Positions 31,386-43,392 of a stretch of 64,000 nucleotides of DNA are shown in pieces (position 1 is the stretch's first letter; every line of letters starts with the position of its first letter). The notes under the pieces were generated by a model. That model searched no databases. It saw only the letters and a program-made list of their open reading frames with translations, and was not told where the DNA came from. This DNA is from Chrysomallon squamiferum. Lineage: Eukaryota; Animalia; Mollusca. The translations under genes were made by a program, and so were the position numbers. Location of the stretch: positions 18,352,001 to 18,416,000 of the forward strand of contig CM022677.1 of the NCBI GenBank assembly GCA_012295275.1, in the 5' to 3' direction.

Positions 31386-31767
31386 CAGTGATATTTCGCT
31401 TATATTTTATAAAACTTTTAATTATATTTCAGCTAATCAATAAGCATGTTTTGTTTAAGTTTTAAAAACACAGGTTAATTATTCTTAATCGCGACCTCTG
31501 ATCTGTTTTGAGGTCGATCGCAAAACACGTAACTGAAAAAACATCTGTTTCATGGATAAGATTGTAGGTGAGCTGCAAATGGACCGTGGAAGAAATAGTA
31601 CACAAGATCCAACAGGCTTGTGTTTAATGAGGCGTTTCCAGCTTTGTGATATCAAACAGATGTGCTGTCATTATTTACGGATTCTGATGGCTTGCCGTTA
31701 TTGATATGTCACTAACTTTGATCTCTTAATAAATAATATAGGTCGCGGTGAACAATAACGTTTAACC

Positions 31768-31849
<82 letters not shown>

Positions 31850-32080
31850 TTTTTTTCTCTTTTTTCCTTCCGTTGAAAAAAAATATTGAAAAGGTAAGTT
31901 CAGCGATTATCATTTTTATTGGTTTAGATCTTGAAATCCTGATTTTATTCCGTACGGTCGTAAATGGTAAATAAAATATTCCATTTCAAACATTCCATTT
32001 CTCTGGGTTGATATAATGAAAGGATATTGCAACTGGTATATCTAAAAACAGAGAAAACGTAAGTTAGAAAATTACATTTA

Positions 32081-32797
32081 CAGTGGTACCTTGACTTACG
32101 AGTTTAATTCGTTCCGTGACCGAGCTCGTATATCAAATCAATTTTCCCAACTAAAATTAATTAAAATATCATTATTCCGTTCCAGCCCCCCCAAAACCTA
32201 CCTCAATTGTTTGTAACGTGTTTTAAATAAGCAAAATGTATGTATAAATGACAAATATTGTAAAAAAAAAAAAAACAGAATTAAAAAGAATGTAAAGAAA
32301 TAAATTGGTTTTGTAAAGTGTACAGGGTTAGGGTTTCTCCATCTTTTCGTGGAGAGAGGTCCACAGCTTAGAAATTATTTTGACGCCTTTGGCTCGAGTT
32401 ATAACCTTCATCGACTCCTTCTGCTTCAGTATGGTACATATCGTAAAAATACTACACTCGTACTGCCTAGCCATGTTGACAACATGCATACCTCACTCAT
32501 GTTTTTCTATGATTTCATGCTTCAATTCAATGGACGTCATCCGCTTCTTCTTCTCAGCAATGTCCTTTGCACTCACTTTCTTTGGATCCATGGAAATCTC
32601 GCAAAATACTTCCACAAAACACGAGCACAACACAACAGAGATGTTTCCACGGCGAGGTAACGTGTGAGACGCAGGATTCTGAGCGGATGTTGTGTTGTTC
32701 GTTGCGCCAACTAGCGGCGGCGTATCTGAAGCTCGCTCGTAACTCGGAAGATGGCTCGTAATTCAAAGCAAAAAATCGACCGAGTGGGCTGCTCGCA
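32081..32797 (-). mobile_element. Tigger/pogo-family non-autonomous element, copy 1 (right TIR missing)
   Basis: TA|CAGTGGTACCTTGACTTACGAGT TIR at 32081. Carries a remnant transposase N-terminus, MDPKKVSAK...SIELKHEIIEKHE*, with a stop. Confidence 0.85.
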
Positions 32798-32879
32798 TTA
32801 GAATGAGTATGTCTTTCTGTAGAAAGGCTAGAGTAATCGGTAAAATGGATTGTTTAGTGTGAATGCTTCTTTATCTTTT

Positions 32880-32964
<85 letters not shown>

Positions 32965-33176
32965 GTGTTTTTTTTCCATTTATCGTGAACAGTTATCCAC
33001 AACAGTTAAAATAATTTTACCCAGCTTCCTTTGTTATAATCATCACTTAAAATAAAATGAAATAAAATAATCGATGAATGAATGAACCAATGAGCAATTG
33101 TTAAATATTTCATTTATTTTCTTTTTGTTTTTTCTTTCTATTTTTCATATATATATATATGCATACACACACATAT

Positions 33177-33236
<60 letters not shown>

Positions 33237-33259
33237 TTCTTTTTCTATCTTTTTCTGTC

Positions 33260-34345
33260 TTACGGTCCCAAGGGAATCCAGGTGGGTAAATAATAATCTT
33301 TCTGACTAAAATCTCTACCCCCTCTGTTGTTATAATATACAGTGTGCCCATTAGCTAACCAGGCAATCCAAAAGCTGAACGATCCCTCGGTTATAATCAT
33401 GTGATCACAGTTAGCCATCATTGACATATCAACCCCAGCGTCCCCCTTATCTACCACAATGACGTCACTTTTATTCAGTCTTTCTCGACACCAGTGGACG
33501 TCATCTGTAGCTACGAGAAACGTCACTTTACCGTATCGTGACGTCATATATTTCATAGCTTTGTTGAGGTAAGAAAGCTGGTCTTTGTCGTACTTCACTT
33601 TATTTCTTACCACGTCCATACGTCTGACGTGAACTCCAATTATTGGTTTCGTTCGATTCGAAACATATCTCATGAATTTTTCTTCACCTGATTTAACAAT
33701 ATTTGATCTAAAAGTAAGTTCCTCTCGAATTAAATTGCTAATGTTCCTGAAATATTTCCAGCTTTGAAAATAGTATAGTAAAATAACTTTTTCTTTCGGC
33801 AGCTTCTCCATCTTTCTATCATAAACTCCATAACTTTTCTCTGTAACACGAACCCACTTTCCTTTCTTGACGTCAATCTTCTCCACAAACGTCAAATCAA
33901 AATAGTTCAGTAACGGATTATAAGGAGAAATTGCAGGCTTCTTGTTATTCATATATGCGATTCCTAACAATGCCGCATACTCAAACAAGCAATTTCCCGT
34001 TCTTCCAAAGCCCCGAATCGTAACTAAAGAATTAGTAGCGGTTTTTAGTTTCCATCTAACGTACAAGTTAAATGTCTTTCTTCGTTTGTACGCCGCGATG
34101 TAAGTATAATTACCCAGAAGGTCAAGATTTCCGTCCACTCGCCAGTTTTCATCTGCACCGGCCTCTTTTTTGTTAGAGTTGTCTGCCGCTGTACGATTGT
34201 ACGAGGTGAATGACGATGCCATGTTATCTTGTTTTGTGATCGCTCGCCATTTTAAATACGTTTTCGCATAATTTTTTAATATATTAATTACAATTACTGA
34301 AATGGTGATCAGAATAAATATCCTGAAATATTTTAATTTATTCAT
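33260..34345 (-). CDS. FUT2-like: Intronless galactoside alpha-1,2-fucosyltransferase (GT11, FUT1/FUT2-like), 361 aa
   Basis: N-terminal type II TM. GT11 motifs GRTGNCLFEYA (cf. GRLGNQMFQYA), YFQSWKYF, GVHVRRMD (cf. HVRRGD), VATDDxxWC, CDHMIITxGSFSFWxAWL and DYYLPTWI. The ORF is uninterrupted. Confidence 0.93.
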   Translation of the reverse strand: MNKLKYFRIFILITISVIVINILKNYAKTYLKWRAITKQDNMASSFTSYNRTAADNSNKKEAGADENWRVDGNLDLLGNYTYIAAYKRRKTFNLYVRWKLKTATNSLVTIRGFGRTGNCLFEYAALLGIAYMNNKKPAISPYNPLLNYFDLTFVEKIDVKKGKWVRVTEKSYGVYDRKMEKLPKEKVILLYYFQSWKYFRNISNLIREELTFRSNIVKSGEEKFMRYVSNRTKPIIGVHVRRMDVVRNKVKYDKDQLSYLNKAMKYMTSRYGKVTFLVATDDVHWCRERLNKSDVIVVDKGDAGVDMSMMANCDHMIITEGSFSFWIAWLANGHTVYYNNRGGRDFSQKDYYLPTWIPLGP

Positions 34346-34402
34346 GTTTTAATAATCGGCTGTTCTGTTCGATGTTGTCGAGATGGCGAACTGAAAGTTA
34401 GT

Positions 34403-35010
34403 TAGTGGCAGTCCTCCGAGACGAACTGTGCATAATAACGAGTGGCAGACCTCTTCGATGACTGGATATTAATAAATGACAGTCCTCTTTACACAAAGTG
34501 AATGCAGATCTGTAAAATCTCGCTTGTATAAACTATAGATTTTATTAAATGGAAATTTTATTACGAGATTAAAAATGCAGATGTTAAAATGACTTTCCTT
34601 TGGTCTAAACTTGACATTAACAGTGGCAGTCCTCTTCGGAGAACAAGATGTTAATAAACGTCAATGCACTTAATCAAATGAACACTGATAACTTAAGTTT
34701 ATAAACTTCATGTCAATAAATGGTATCGTCTTTTTATAAATCGTAGGTATTAATAAGCAGCAGTCCTGTTGCTTAAGGTATACATTTTAATAAATGAAAA
34801 TCTCGTGTATAAACTTGATGTAAAAAAAGTGGCAGTCCTCTTGTACAAACTCGATGTCACCAGACGACAGTCCTGCATAGATGTGATCTGAAGAAGTGGC
34901 AGTCCTCTTGTACACATTATACGTTATCAAGTAGTCTCGCATGGACTGGATGTTATTAAGTGGCGGTCCTCATGGAACGATTTGATTGTTAACCCGTAGC
35001 AATGCTCTTC
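34403..35010. repeat. Degenerate ~35-bp tandem array (about 17 units) immediately upstream of the fucosyltransferase ATG
   Basis: Core AGTGGCAGTCCTC or variants at about 34404, 34441, 34475, 34622, 34756, 34828, 34862, 34895 and 34959, with decayed units in between. Confidence 0.75.
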
Positions 35011-35192
35011 TCGTCATTATTTAAAGGTTTCTGAGGGCGTAGGTCAACGGAAAAGGCGTGGTTTAGTCAGTACAGTGCGACTGACAGACACATTATCCAG
35101 TGAAATCAGAGGAAACATTGCGCAGTTCTCATTAAACAGGGTAAATAAAACTTTTTAATAGCATTTTTTGAATTTTGAATTTTTTCTTTCTG

Positions 35193-35223
<31 letters not shown>

Positions 35224-35495
35224 TGTATAAAATTCATTGCACTGTAACTGAATAAGGGCAGAATTGAATCGAGGATGTTCTGGGATTTTGATATTTCATA
35301 ATAAATAAATCCATAAAAATATTATAAATCAGCAAACAAACGAACACACACACACACACACATATATATATAAATAGACAGATAAACGAATAATTAAAGA
35401 GTGTACGAAATACAATTAAAAAGATGCAAAAAGAAAACAGCTAAGGAACAAAATAACGAGAAAAACAAATAAAGAAACAAGAAAACAAACAAACA

Positions 35496-35529
<34 letters not shown>

Positions 35530-35649
35530 AAATAAATAAATTCAGATCTGTAAGTATTGTATGTAGCTTTATCAATTTTACACTATAACACTCAGGCTGT
35601 CGTGGTTTTTTTCTCTCATAGATATGAATCCGTAAAGACCATTTACATG

Positions 35650-35982
35650 CACACCTCGCTCATGTTTTTCTATGAATTCAAGCTTTAATTCAAATGACAT
35701 CATCCGTTTCTTCTTCTCAGCACTGACCTTTGCACTCACTTTCTTTGGATCCATGGAAATCTGGCAAAAGTACTCCACATAATGCGAGCACAACACAACA
35801 GAGATGTTTAGACGGCGAGGTAACCACGTGAAGCAAACGAGTGAGACGCGGGATGCTGGCCGGATGTTGTGTTGTTCGTTGCGCCAACTAGCGGCGGCGT
35901 ATCTGAAGCTCGCTCTTAATTCGGATTTTAGCTCGCAACTCAAGGCGAAAAATCGACCGGGTGCCTGCTTGTAATTCGAAAA
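35650..35982 (-). mobile_element. Tigger/pogo-family element, copy 2 (internal fragment)
   Basis: Encodes MDPKKVSAKVSAEKKKRMMSFELKLEFIEKHERGV and is colinear with 32490-32797 and 54030-54355. Confidence 0.85.
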
Positions 35983-36093
35983 AGAGAGATACTTCATGAG
36001 AGGGGTAGATATGGAAAGAAAAATATAATAAAATAAAAAATAATTTGAAGTGAAACTTACCCGTTATTTTTCTTTCTTTCTTTATTTATTTAC

Positions 36094-36355
36094 CTTTCAT
36101 GAATGACCACGTTGATAGTACCAGTAGGGTAATCGCCCTGTAACATGAGCTCCAGAAAAGACTTCTTCCTAATTTGTCAGTACCAGCTAATGGTTCAACA
36201 CACAGTTTTTTAAGACATTTTGGTATTCCTATACCTTCTTTAGAACGATCTTCTCTGCAGATCGTAGAGTTATTTCCCCTGGTGCTCAAGCGTGTCAGTG
36301 TTTCGTTACTGAGCACGTAACCAGCCACACCGTTGTGAAATCCAGGCTTCTTGAA
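36094..36355 (-). pseudogene. C1GALT1-like exon-2 3' fragment, copy 1 (frameshifted)
   Basis: FKKPGFHNGVAGYVLS...ICREDRSKEG...KLGRSLF, then a small deletion relative to the 46.7-kb copy. LPYWYY lies in a shifted frame and the old donor AAG|gtaaat is at 36093. The DxD-containing 5' half is absent. Confidence 0.85.
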
Positions 36356-36714
36356 AACATTTTTAAAAACTATATTTAGAATGTTTATTGAGAAACGAAA
36401 GGTAACGTCATACATATGACGTCATACGCGAAAGGTCACAGACCATCTGCGACAGCAAACTGATGAAATATACACAAATAATTTAGTAGATATTCAACAA
36501 AGGTGAACGTGTTTAAAGAATGTTTTATTTTATTATCTTAAGATTTTATGATATTGGAGGCTCGTTATCTCCGTCACACAGAGTTTATATAATACTTAAG
36601 TTTTATATACTAAAGAGGAGACTGTATATATTACATATGTATGTAATAATGAAATGAAAAGAAAAGAAAAAATAGAAGAAAAAAATGTGTCTATTTTGAA
36701 TAGCGAAGACGAAT

Positions 36715-36775
<61 letters not shown>

Positions 36776-37035
36776 GACGTCGTCTTGTGTTTGGCTCCCA
36801 GTTACGAAGCCACAGAAAAGTAAGAACAGTAACAATAATAATAATAATCATAAAATAATAATAATAATAAAATTTCGAACATATGAGTAAAACACAAAGA
36901 TAATATAAAATCGCATCATTTCTAATTTTAGCTAACAACTGCAAAGTGACGGTGTGTGAGAATGACGTCACCAGATCGTGTCATTCCTGCAGCCGACAAG
37001 TTATGGATTACGCTTTCACGTGCGCCATGCAGGAA

Positions 37036-40007
37036 GAGCTGTGTCTTCTTCGAGGTCCTGCTACTACTGATATATAACACTATTTTACTGTCCAAGAAAG
37101 CCGTACTTTAATGTTTGATTCAGAGAGCTGTATCATCTTCGAGGTCTTGCTACTACTGATATATAACACTATTTTACTGTCCAAGAAAGCCGTACTTTAA
37201 TGTTCAGTGGGAAAATGTTTGATTCAGAGAGCTGTATCATCTTCGAGGTCTTGCTACTACTGATATATAACAACATTTTACTGTCCAAGAAAGCCGTACT
37301 TCAATGTTTGATTCAGAGAGCTGTATCATCTTCGAGGTCTTGCTACTACTGATATATAACAACATTTTACTGTCCAAGAAAGCCGTACTTTAATGTTTGA
37401 TTCAGAGAGCTGTATCATCTTCGAGGTCTTGCTACTGCTGATATATAACAACATTTTACTGTCCAAGAAAGCCGTACTTTAATGTTTGATTCAGAGAGCT
37501 GTATCATCTTCGAGGTCTTGCTACTACTGATATAAAACAACATTTTACTGTCCAAGAAAGCCGTACTTTAATGTTTGATTCAGAGAGCTGTATCATCTTC
37601 GAGGTCTTGCTACTACTGATATATAACAACATTTTACTGTCCAAGAAAGCCGTACTTTAATGTTCAGTGGGAAAATGTTTGATTCAGAGAGCTGTATCAT
37701 CTTCGAAGTCTTGCTACTGCTGATATATAACACTATTTTACTGTCCAAGAAAGCCGTACTTTAATGTTCAGTGGGAAAATGTTTGATTCAGAGAGCTGTA
37801 TCATCTTCGAGGTCTTGCTACTACTGATATATAACAACATTTTACTGTCCAAGAAAGCCGTACTTTAATGTTTGATTCAGAGAGCTGTATCATCTTCGAG
37901 GCCTTGCTACTACTGATATATAACAACATTTTACTCTCCAAGAAAGCCGTACTTTAATGTTTGATTCAGAGAGCTGTATCATCTTCGAGGTCTTGCTACT
38001 GCTGATATATAACACTATTTTACTGTCCAAGAAAACCGTACTTTAATGTTCAGTGGGAAAATGTTTGATTCAGAGAGCTGTATCATCTTCGAGGTCTTGC
38101 TACTGCTGATATATAACACTATTTTACTGTCCAAGAAAGCCGTACTTTAATGTTCAGTGGGAAAATGTTTGATTCAGAGAGCTGTATCATCTTCGAGGTC
38201 TTGCTACTACTGATATATAACAACATTTTACTGTCCAAGAAAGCCGTACTTTAATGTTTGATTCAGAGAGCTGTATCATCTTCGAGGCCTTGCTACTACT
38301 GATATATAACAACATTTTACTCTCCAAGAAAGCCGTACTTTAATGTTTGATTCAGAGAGCTGTATCATCTTCGAGGTCTTGCTACTGCTGATATATAACA
38401 CTATTTTACTGTCCAAGAAAACCGTACTTTTAATGTTCAGTGGGAAAATGTTTGATTCAGAGAGCTGTATCATCTTCGAGGTCTTGCTACTACTGATATA
38501 TAACAACATTTTACTGTCCAAGAAAGCCGTACTTTAATGTTTGATTCAGAGAGCTGTATCATCTTCGAGGTCTTGCTACTACTGATATATAACAACATTT
38601 TACTGTCCAAGAAAGCCGTACTTTAATGTTCAGTGGGAAAATGTTTGATTCAGAGAGCTGTATCATCTTCGAAGTCTTGCTACTGCTGATATATAACACT
38701 ATTTTACTGTCCAAGAAAGCCGTACTTTAATGTTCAGTGGGAAAATGTTTGATTCAGAGAGCTATGTATCATCTTCGAGGTCTTGCTACTACTGATATAT
38801 AACAACATTTTACTGTCCAAGAAAGCCGTACTTTAATGTTTGATTCAGAGAGCTGTATCATCTTCGAGGCCTTGCTACTACTGATATATAACAACATTTT
38901 ACTCTCCAAGAAAGCCGTACTTTAATGTTTGATTCAGAGAGCTGTATCATCTTCGAGGTCTTGCTACTGCTGATATATAACACTATTTTACTGTCCAAGA
39001 AAACCGTACTTTAATGTTCAGTGGGAAAATGTTTGATTCAGAGAGCTGTATCATCTTCGAGGTCTTGCTACTACTGATATATAACAACATTTTACTGTCC
39101 AAGAAAGCCGTACTTTAATGTTTGATTCAGAGAGCTGTATCATCTTCGAGGCCTTGCTACTACTGATATATAACACTATTTTACTGTCCAAGAAAACCGT
39201 ACTTTAATGTTCAGTGGGAAAATGTTTGATTCAGAGAGCTGTATCATCTTCGAGGTCTTGCTACTACTACTGATATATAACAACATTTTACTGTCCAAGA
39301 AAGCCGTACTTTAATGTTTGATTCAGAGAGCTGTATCATCTTCGAGGTCTTGCTACTGCTGATATATAACACTATTTTACTGTCCAAGAAAGCCGTACTT
39401 TAATGTTCAGTGGGAAAATGTTTGATTCAGAGAGCTGTATCATCTTCGAAGTCTTGCTACTGCTGATATATAACACTATTTTACTGTCCAAGAAAGCCGT
39501 ACTTTAATGTTCAGTGGGAAAATGTTTGATTCAGAGAGCTGTATCATCTTCGAGGTCTTGCTACTACTGATATATAACAACATTTTACTGTCCAAGAAAG
39601 CCGTACTTTAATGTTTGATTCAGGGAGCTGTATCATCTTCGAGGCCTTGCTACTACTGATATATAACAACATTTTACTGTCCAAGAAAGCCGTACTTTAA
39701 TGTTTGTTTCAGAGAGCTGTATCATCTTCGAGGTCTTGCTACTACTGATATATAACAACATTTTACTGTCCAAGAAAGCCGTGCTTTAATGTTTGATTCA
39801 GAGAGCTGTATCATCTTCGAGGTCTTGCTACTACTGATATATAACAACATTTTACTGTCCAAGAAAGCCGTACTTTAATGTTCAGTGGGAAAATGTTTGG
39901 TTCAGAGAGCTGTATCATCTTCGAGGTCTTGCTACTACTGATATATAACAACATTTTACTGTCCAAGAAAGCCGTACTTTAATGTTCAGTTTGATTCAGA
40001 GAGCTGG
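37036..40007. repeat. Homogeneous tandem array of 31 units of 89 bp or 104 bp
   Basis: Unit cttcgaggtcttgctactactgatatataacaacattttactgtccaagaaagccgtactttaatgtt[cagtgggaaaatgtt]tgattcagagagctgtatcat. Unit starts at 37048, 37137, 37241, 37330 ... 39815, 39919. Confidence 0.97.
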
Positions 40008-40185
40008 ATCAAGAATAAATAGGCAGATGTTTTTGTTACAACGTTTAATACGTGTTTGTTTTTCTTTCTTTTTTTAATTATTATCTTTTTATTTTACTTT
40101 CTAAATGTCCGTTTGTGTTTACTTCATAAATCTGTATCCCATTTATAATTCTTGATTTTAAAAATTATTTTTATATTTTTAAATT

Positions 40186-40216
<31 letters not shown>

Positions 40217-40221
40217 TTATT

Positions 40222-40263
<42 letters not shown>

Positions 40264-40341
40264 TATTATTATTTTACATTTATTTATTCATTCATTTAAT
40301 TTTGTACTAAATTGATTTATCATCAGTAATACGTATTTTTC

Positions 40342-40372
<31 letters not shown>

Positions 40373-40497
40373 TTTATTTATTTTATTTTTTATTTTTTTG
40401 ACCCCTGAAATCAGTTGGGGTTTACCCACCCAGCTAAAAATAGATTACTGATATTTGCTGTGGTTAAAGTGTGTATGTCAGAGGTTTGATATATTAT

Positions 40498-40579
<82 letters not shown>

Positions 40580-40902
40580 ATATGTTTGTTTGTGTGTGTG
40601 TGTGTGTTTATGTGTGTGTGTGTGTGTGTGTGTGAAATATGTTTATCTCTGAATGTAAAATAGCACACCTCAGTGAGTATTTGAATATACAAGTGTATCA
40701 AATATCATCCTGCTTAGTTAGCGTGACAGACAGTTGATAACAACACTACTGTGTTACCTCTGCTTGCAGTTATTGATAGTGTTGACATCAGATTTCCCGA
40801 TATTCTCACTCACTGTTTTAGAGATAATAGCTAGAGATTACTTTGTTCAGTCTGATCCCAGACTAACAACTATTCTCCAAAATAATGGTCATACTACTTC
40901 AA

Positions 40903-40952
<50 letters not shown>

Positions 40953-41256
40953 CCTACGTAACCCACTACTTATTCAGTATATAAAAGAACGTGGCTAAGG
41001 AATAAACAAAGAAGACGGGGTTTCAAATTAATAGACTTTAATGTTAGTAAATTCCTGACACAGAAATGTTAACATTTACAACATGGTAACTCTGCTTGAA
41101 TTTCACAAACTTTTGACCTCCTGCAGTTCATTTCTTTGACACTGCTGTTCTAAAAGACTTTGTACATGAACTTCCTGTACTTGGAAAGTTTGTGTTTCGT
41201 GTTTAATCATTTTCTTTTATTAAATCACGACATCTCCACTTGTTAGTTATAGAAAA

Positions 41257-42192
41257 TTACTGAAAACAATAAATTCCGAAGTTGTGTTCGTTGTTGTCCT
41301 TTTCAAGATGTTTAGAGTTCTGCACGCGCAGTTCAATACTGTCGTCTGCTTTCAGTTCAAACAGCGCGCCTTGGTAAGTGGGAGTCAATCCTGCTGTGGC
41401 TGATGACGTCACCACACACTGAGACTGGAAAAGTTCGAGTCATCTCTCTTCTTGTTTCCCGCCTTTTCTAAGCCAGACGGCATGAACAGAAGTGGCGTCG
41501 TCTTGTTTTTGGCTGTTCACGAAAACTTCAATGCGGCCATGTTTGTAGATCATCTTCTTCCCAGTGAACGCAGAGTCTTGTACAGTTTGTCCTTCTGCAT
41601 AATAATAATAATAATAATAATAGTAGTAGTAGTAATAATAATAATGATAATAATAATAGTAGTAATAATAATAAATAAATAATAAATAATAATAATAATA
41701 ATAATAACAATAATAATCATAATTGTTGAGCAAACTCTCTTTCTCTATTTCTCTCTCATATACACCATCATATCCACATTAAAGCTAGGCAATCTAATAA
41801 AGAGACTGATAAATTATTATTATAAATGTTATTATTATTATTATTATTATTATTTTATAATAAATAGCTATTAAGGTAAATAATGAACACATCTGTTATT
41901 TAAGAATGATATTTAATACTTTAATAATTCATTACTGTTTAACCTTTGATGAACTTTGACCTCACCTGATCTCAGTCAGTTTCGCGTAGACGTGCTGAGA
42001 TGCCACTCTCCTCATCAAGAAATAATTCAGAATCTAAGAAACAGTGACACAGACACGTGACCCTGTATTTGTGTACACGTCTGCGTATGTGTATGTGTGA
42101 GTGTGTATGTATGTATTTGTGTATCTATGTGTGTTTATGTGTTTATTGTGTGTGTTTGTGTGTGCATGTGTGTGTGTGCTTGTGTAGGTGTA

Positions 42193-42224
<32 letters not shown>

Positions 42225-42501
42225 TGTCACAAATGTCAGATTTTAGTTGTAAATTTATTTAGAATATTATTGAATATTAAGAATGATTTACTATTCACGT
42301 TTGGCTCTCTCTTGCTGGTACTGTGTTTCTACAAACTGCGAATAAATAGAATTGTAGAAAAGAATCAACATATTTTCGTTGAGATATAACAACATACATA
42401 CATACGTAAATAAATAAATAAATAAATAAATAATAATAAAGGATCTGGCAGATTAAAACGTACTTGAACGTGTGTATTTGTGTTTGAGTGCGTGTGTGTG
42501 T

Positions 42502-42587
<86 letters not shown>

Positions 42588-43059
42588 TGTGCATTGTAAA
42601 CTATTTTAGAATGATGACGTCACAGTTTTTATTTTTAGCATTACAAACATCATATCTCGCTATAGGTTACGAGGTGGTAGGAAATTGAAATCAAAAACAA
42701 CATAGGACAAATAAATGAATTATAAAATAAATAAATAAAATAAACAACAACAAATAAACAAAACAAATATCGTTTTCTTCATGATACTAAAAACACTGAC
42801 TCCTCAGTACCGGCCCTGTTCCCCCCCCCACCTCTGTGACTATTCTGAATCAGTCCCTTGCTCCAACTAACTTGAACGTGCACAATAAAGAAAAGAAGAA
42901 ACATGATCTCCTAAACCCGCTTTTGAAACACATGTGGTCTTAAGTCACGTATCCAGTTTAGCAGCTAGTCCCGTTTTGGATATATCAGTGACTAACTATT
43001 GTTTTGTGTACGTCTGAATCACAGAGTGGAACAAAACATTTCATACAATCTTTAACACC

Positions 43060-43137
<78 letters not shown>

Positions 43138-43358
43138 GTAATAGTAATAATAATAATATAACATTAATAATAATAATAATGACAACAATAATAATAATAA
43201 TAATAATAATAACAACATTAATAATAATGATAATGATAATAATAACAATAGCAATAACACTATCAATAATAATAATAATAATAACAACACCAACAACAAC
43301 AGCAACAACACTAATAATAATAATAATAATGATAATGGTGATGATGATGATGATGATG

Positions 43359-43392
<34 letters not shown>

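Noticed and set aside
34403-35010. Repeat-spacer pattern resembling a CRISPR array
   Set aside because: The spacers are related to each other and the core is only about 13 bp and degenerate. It is an old minisatellite.
33260-35530. Retrogene origin of the FUT shown by a poly(A) tail
   Set aside because: The nearby long A/T runs (35193-35221 and about 35498-35527) are on the 5' side of the gene, no TSD is visible, and single-coding-exon structure is normal for FUT1/2-type genes.
38276-38537. Short ORFs inside the satellite
   Set aside because: They arise from a 1-bp indel in one unit; neighbouring units contain stops in the same frames.
37036-40007. CRISPR-like regular array
   Set aside because: The units are wholly repeated with no unique spacers, there are no cas genes, and the context is eukaryotic with introns. 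It is a tandem satellite.
41085-41442. Selenocysteine recoding of the TGA in the TNF-like exon
   Set aside because: The only ATGA...AA...GA candidate I saw in the 3' flank (about 41090-41135) does not pair into a SECIS stem by eye, and the exon has other lesions.
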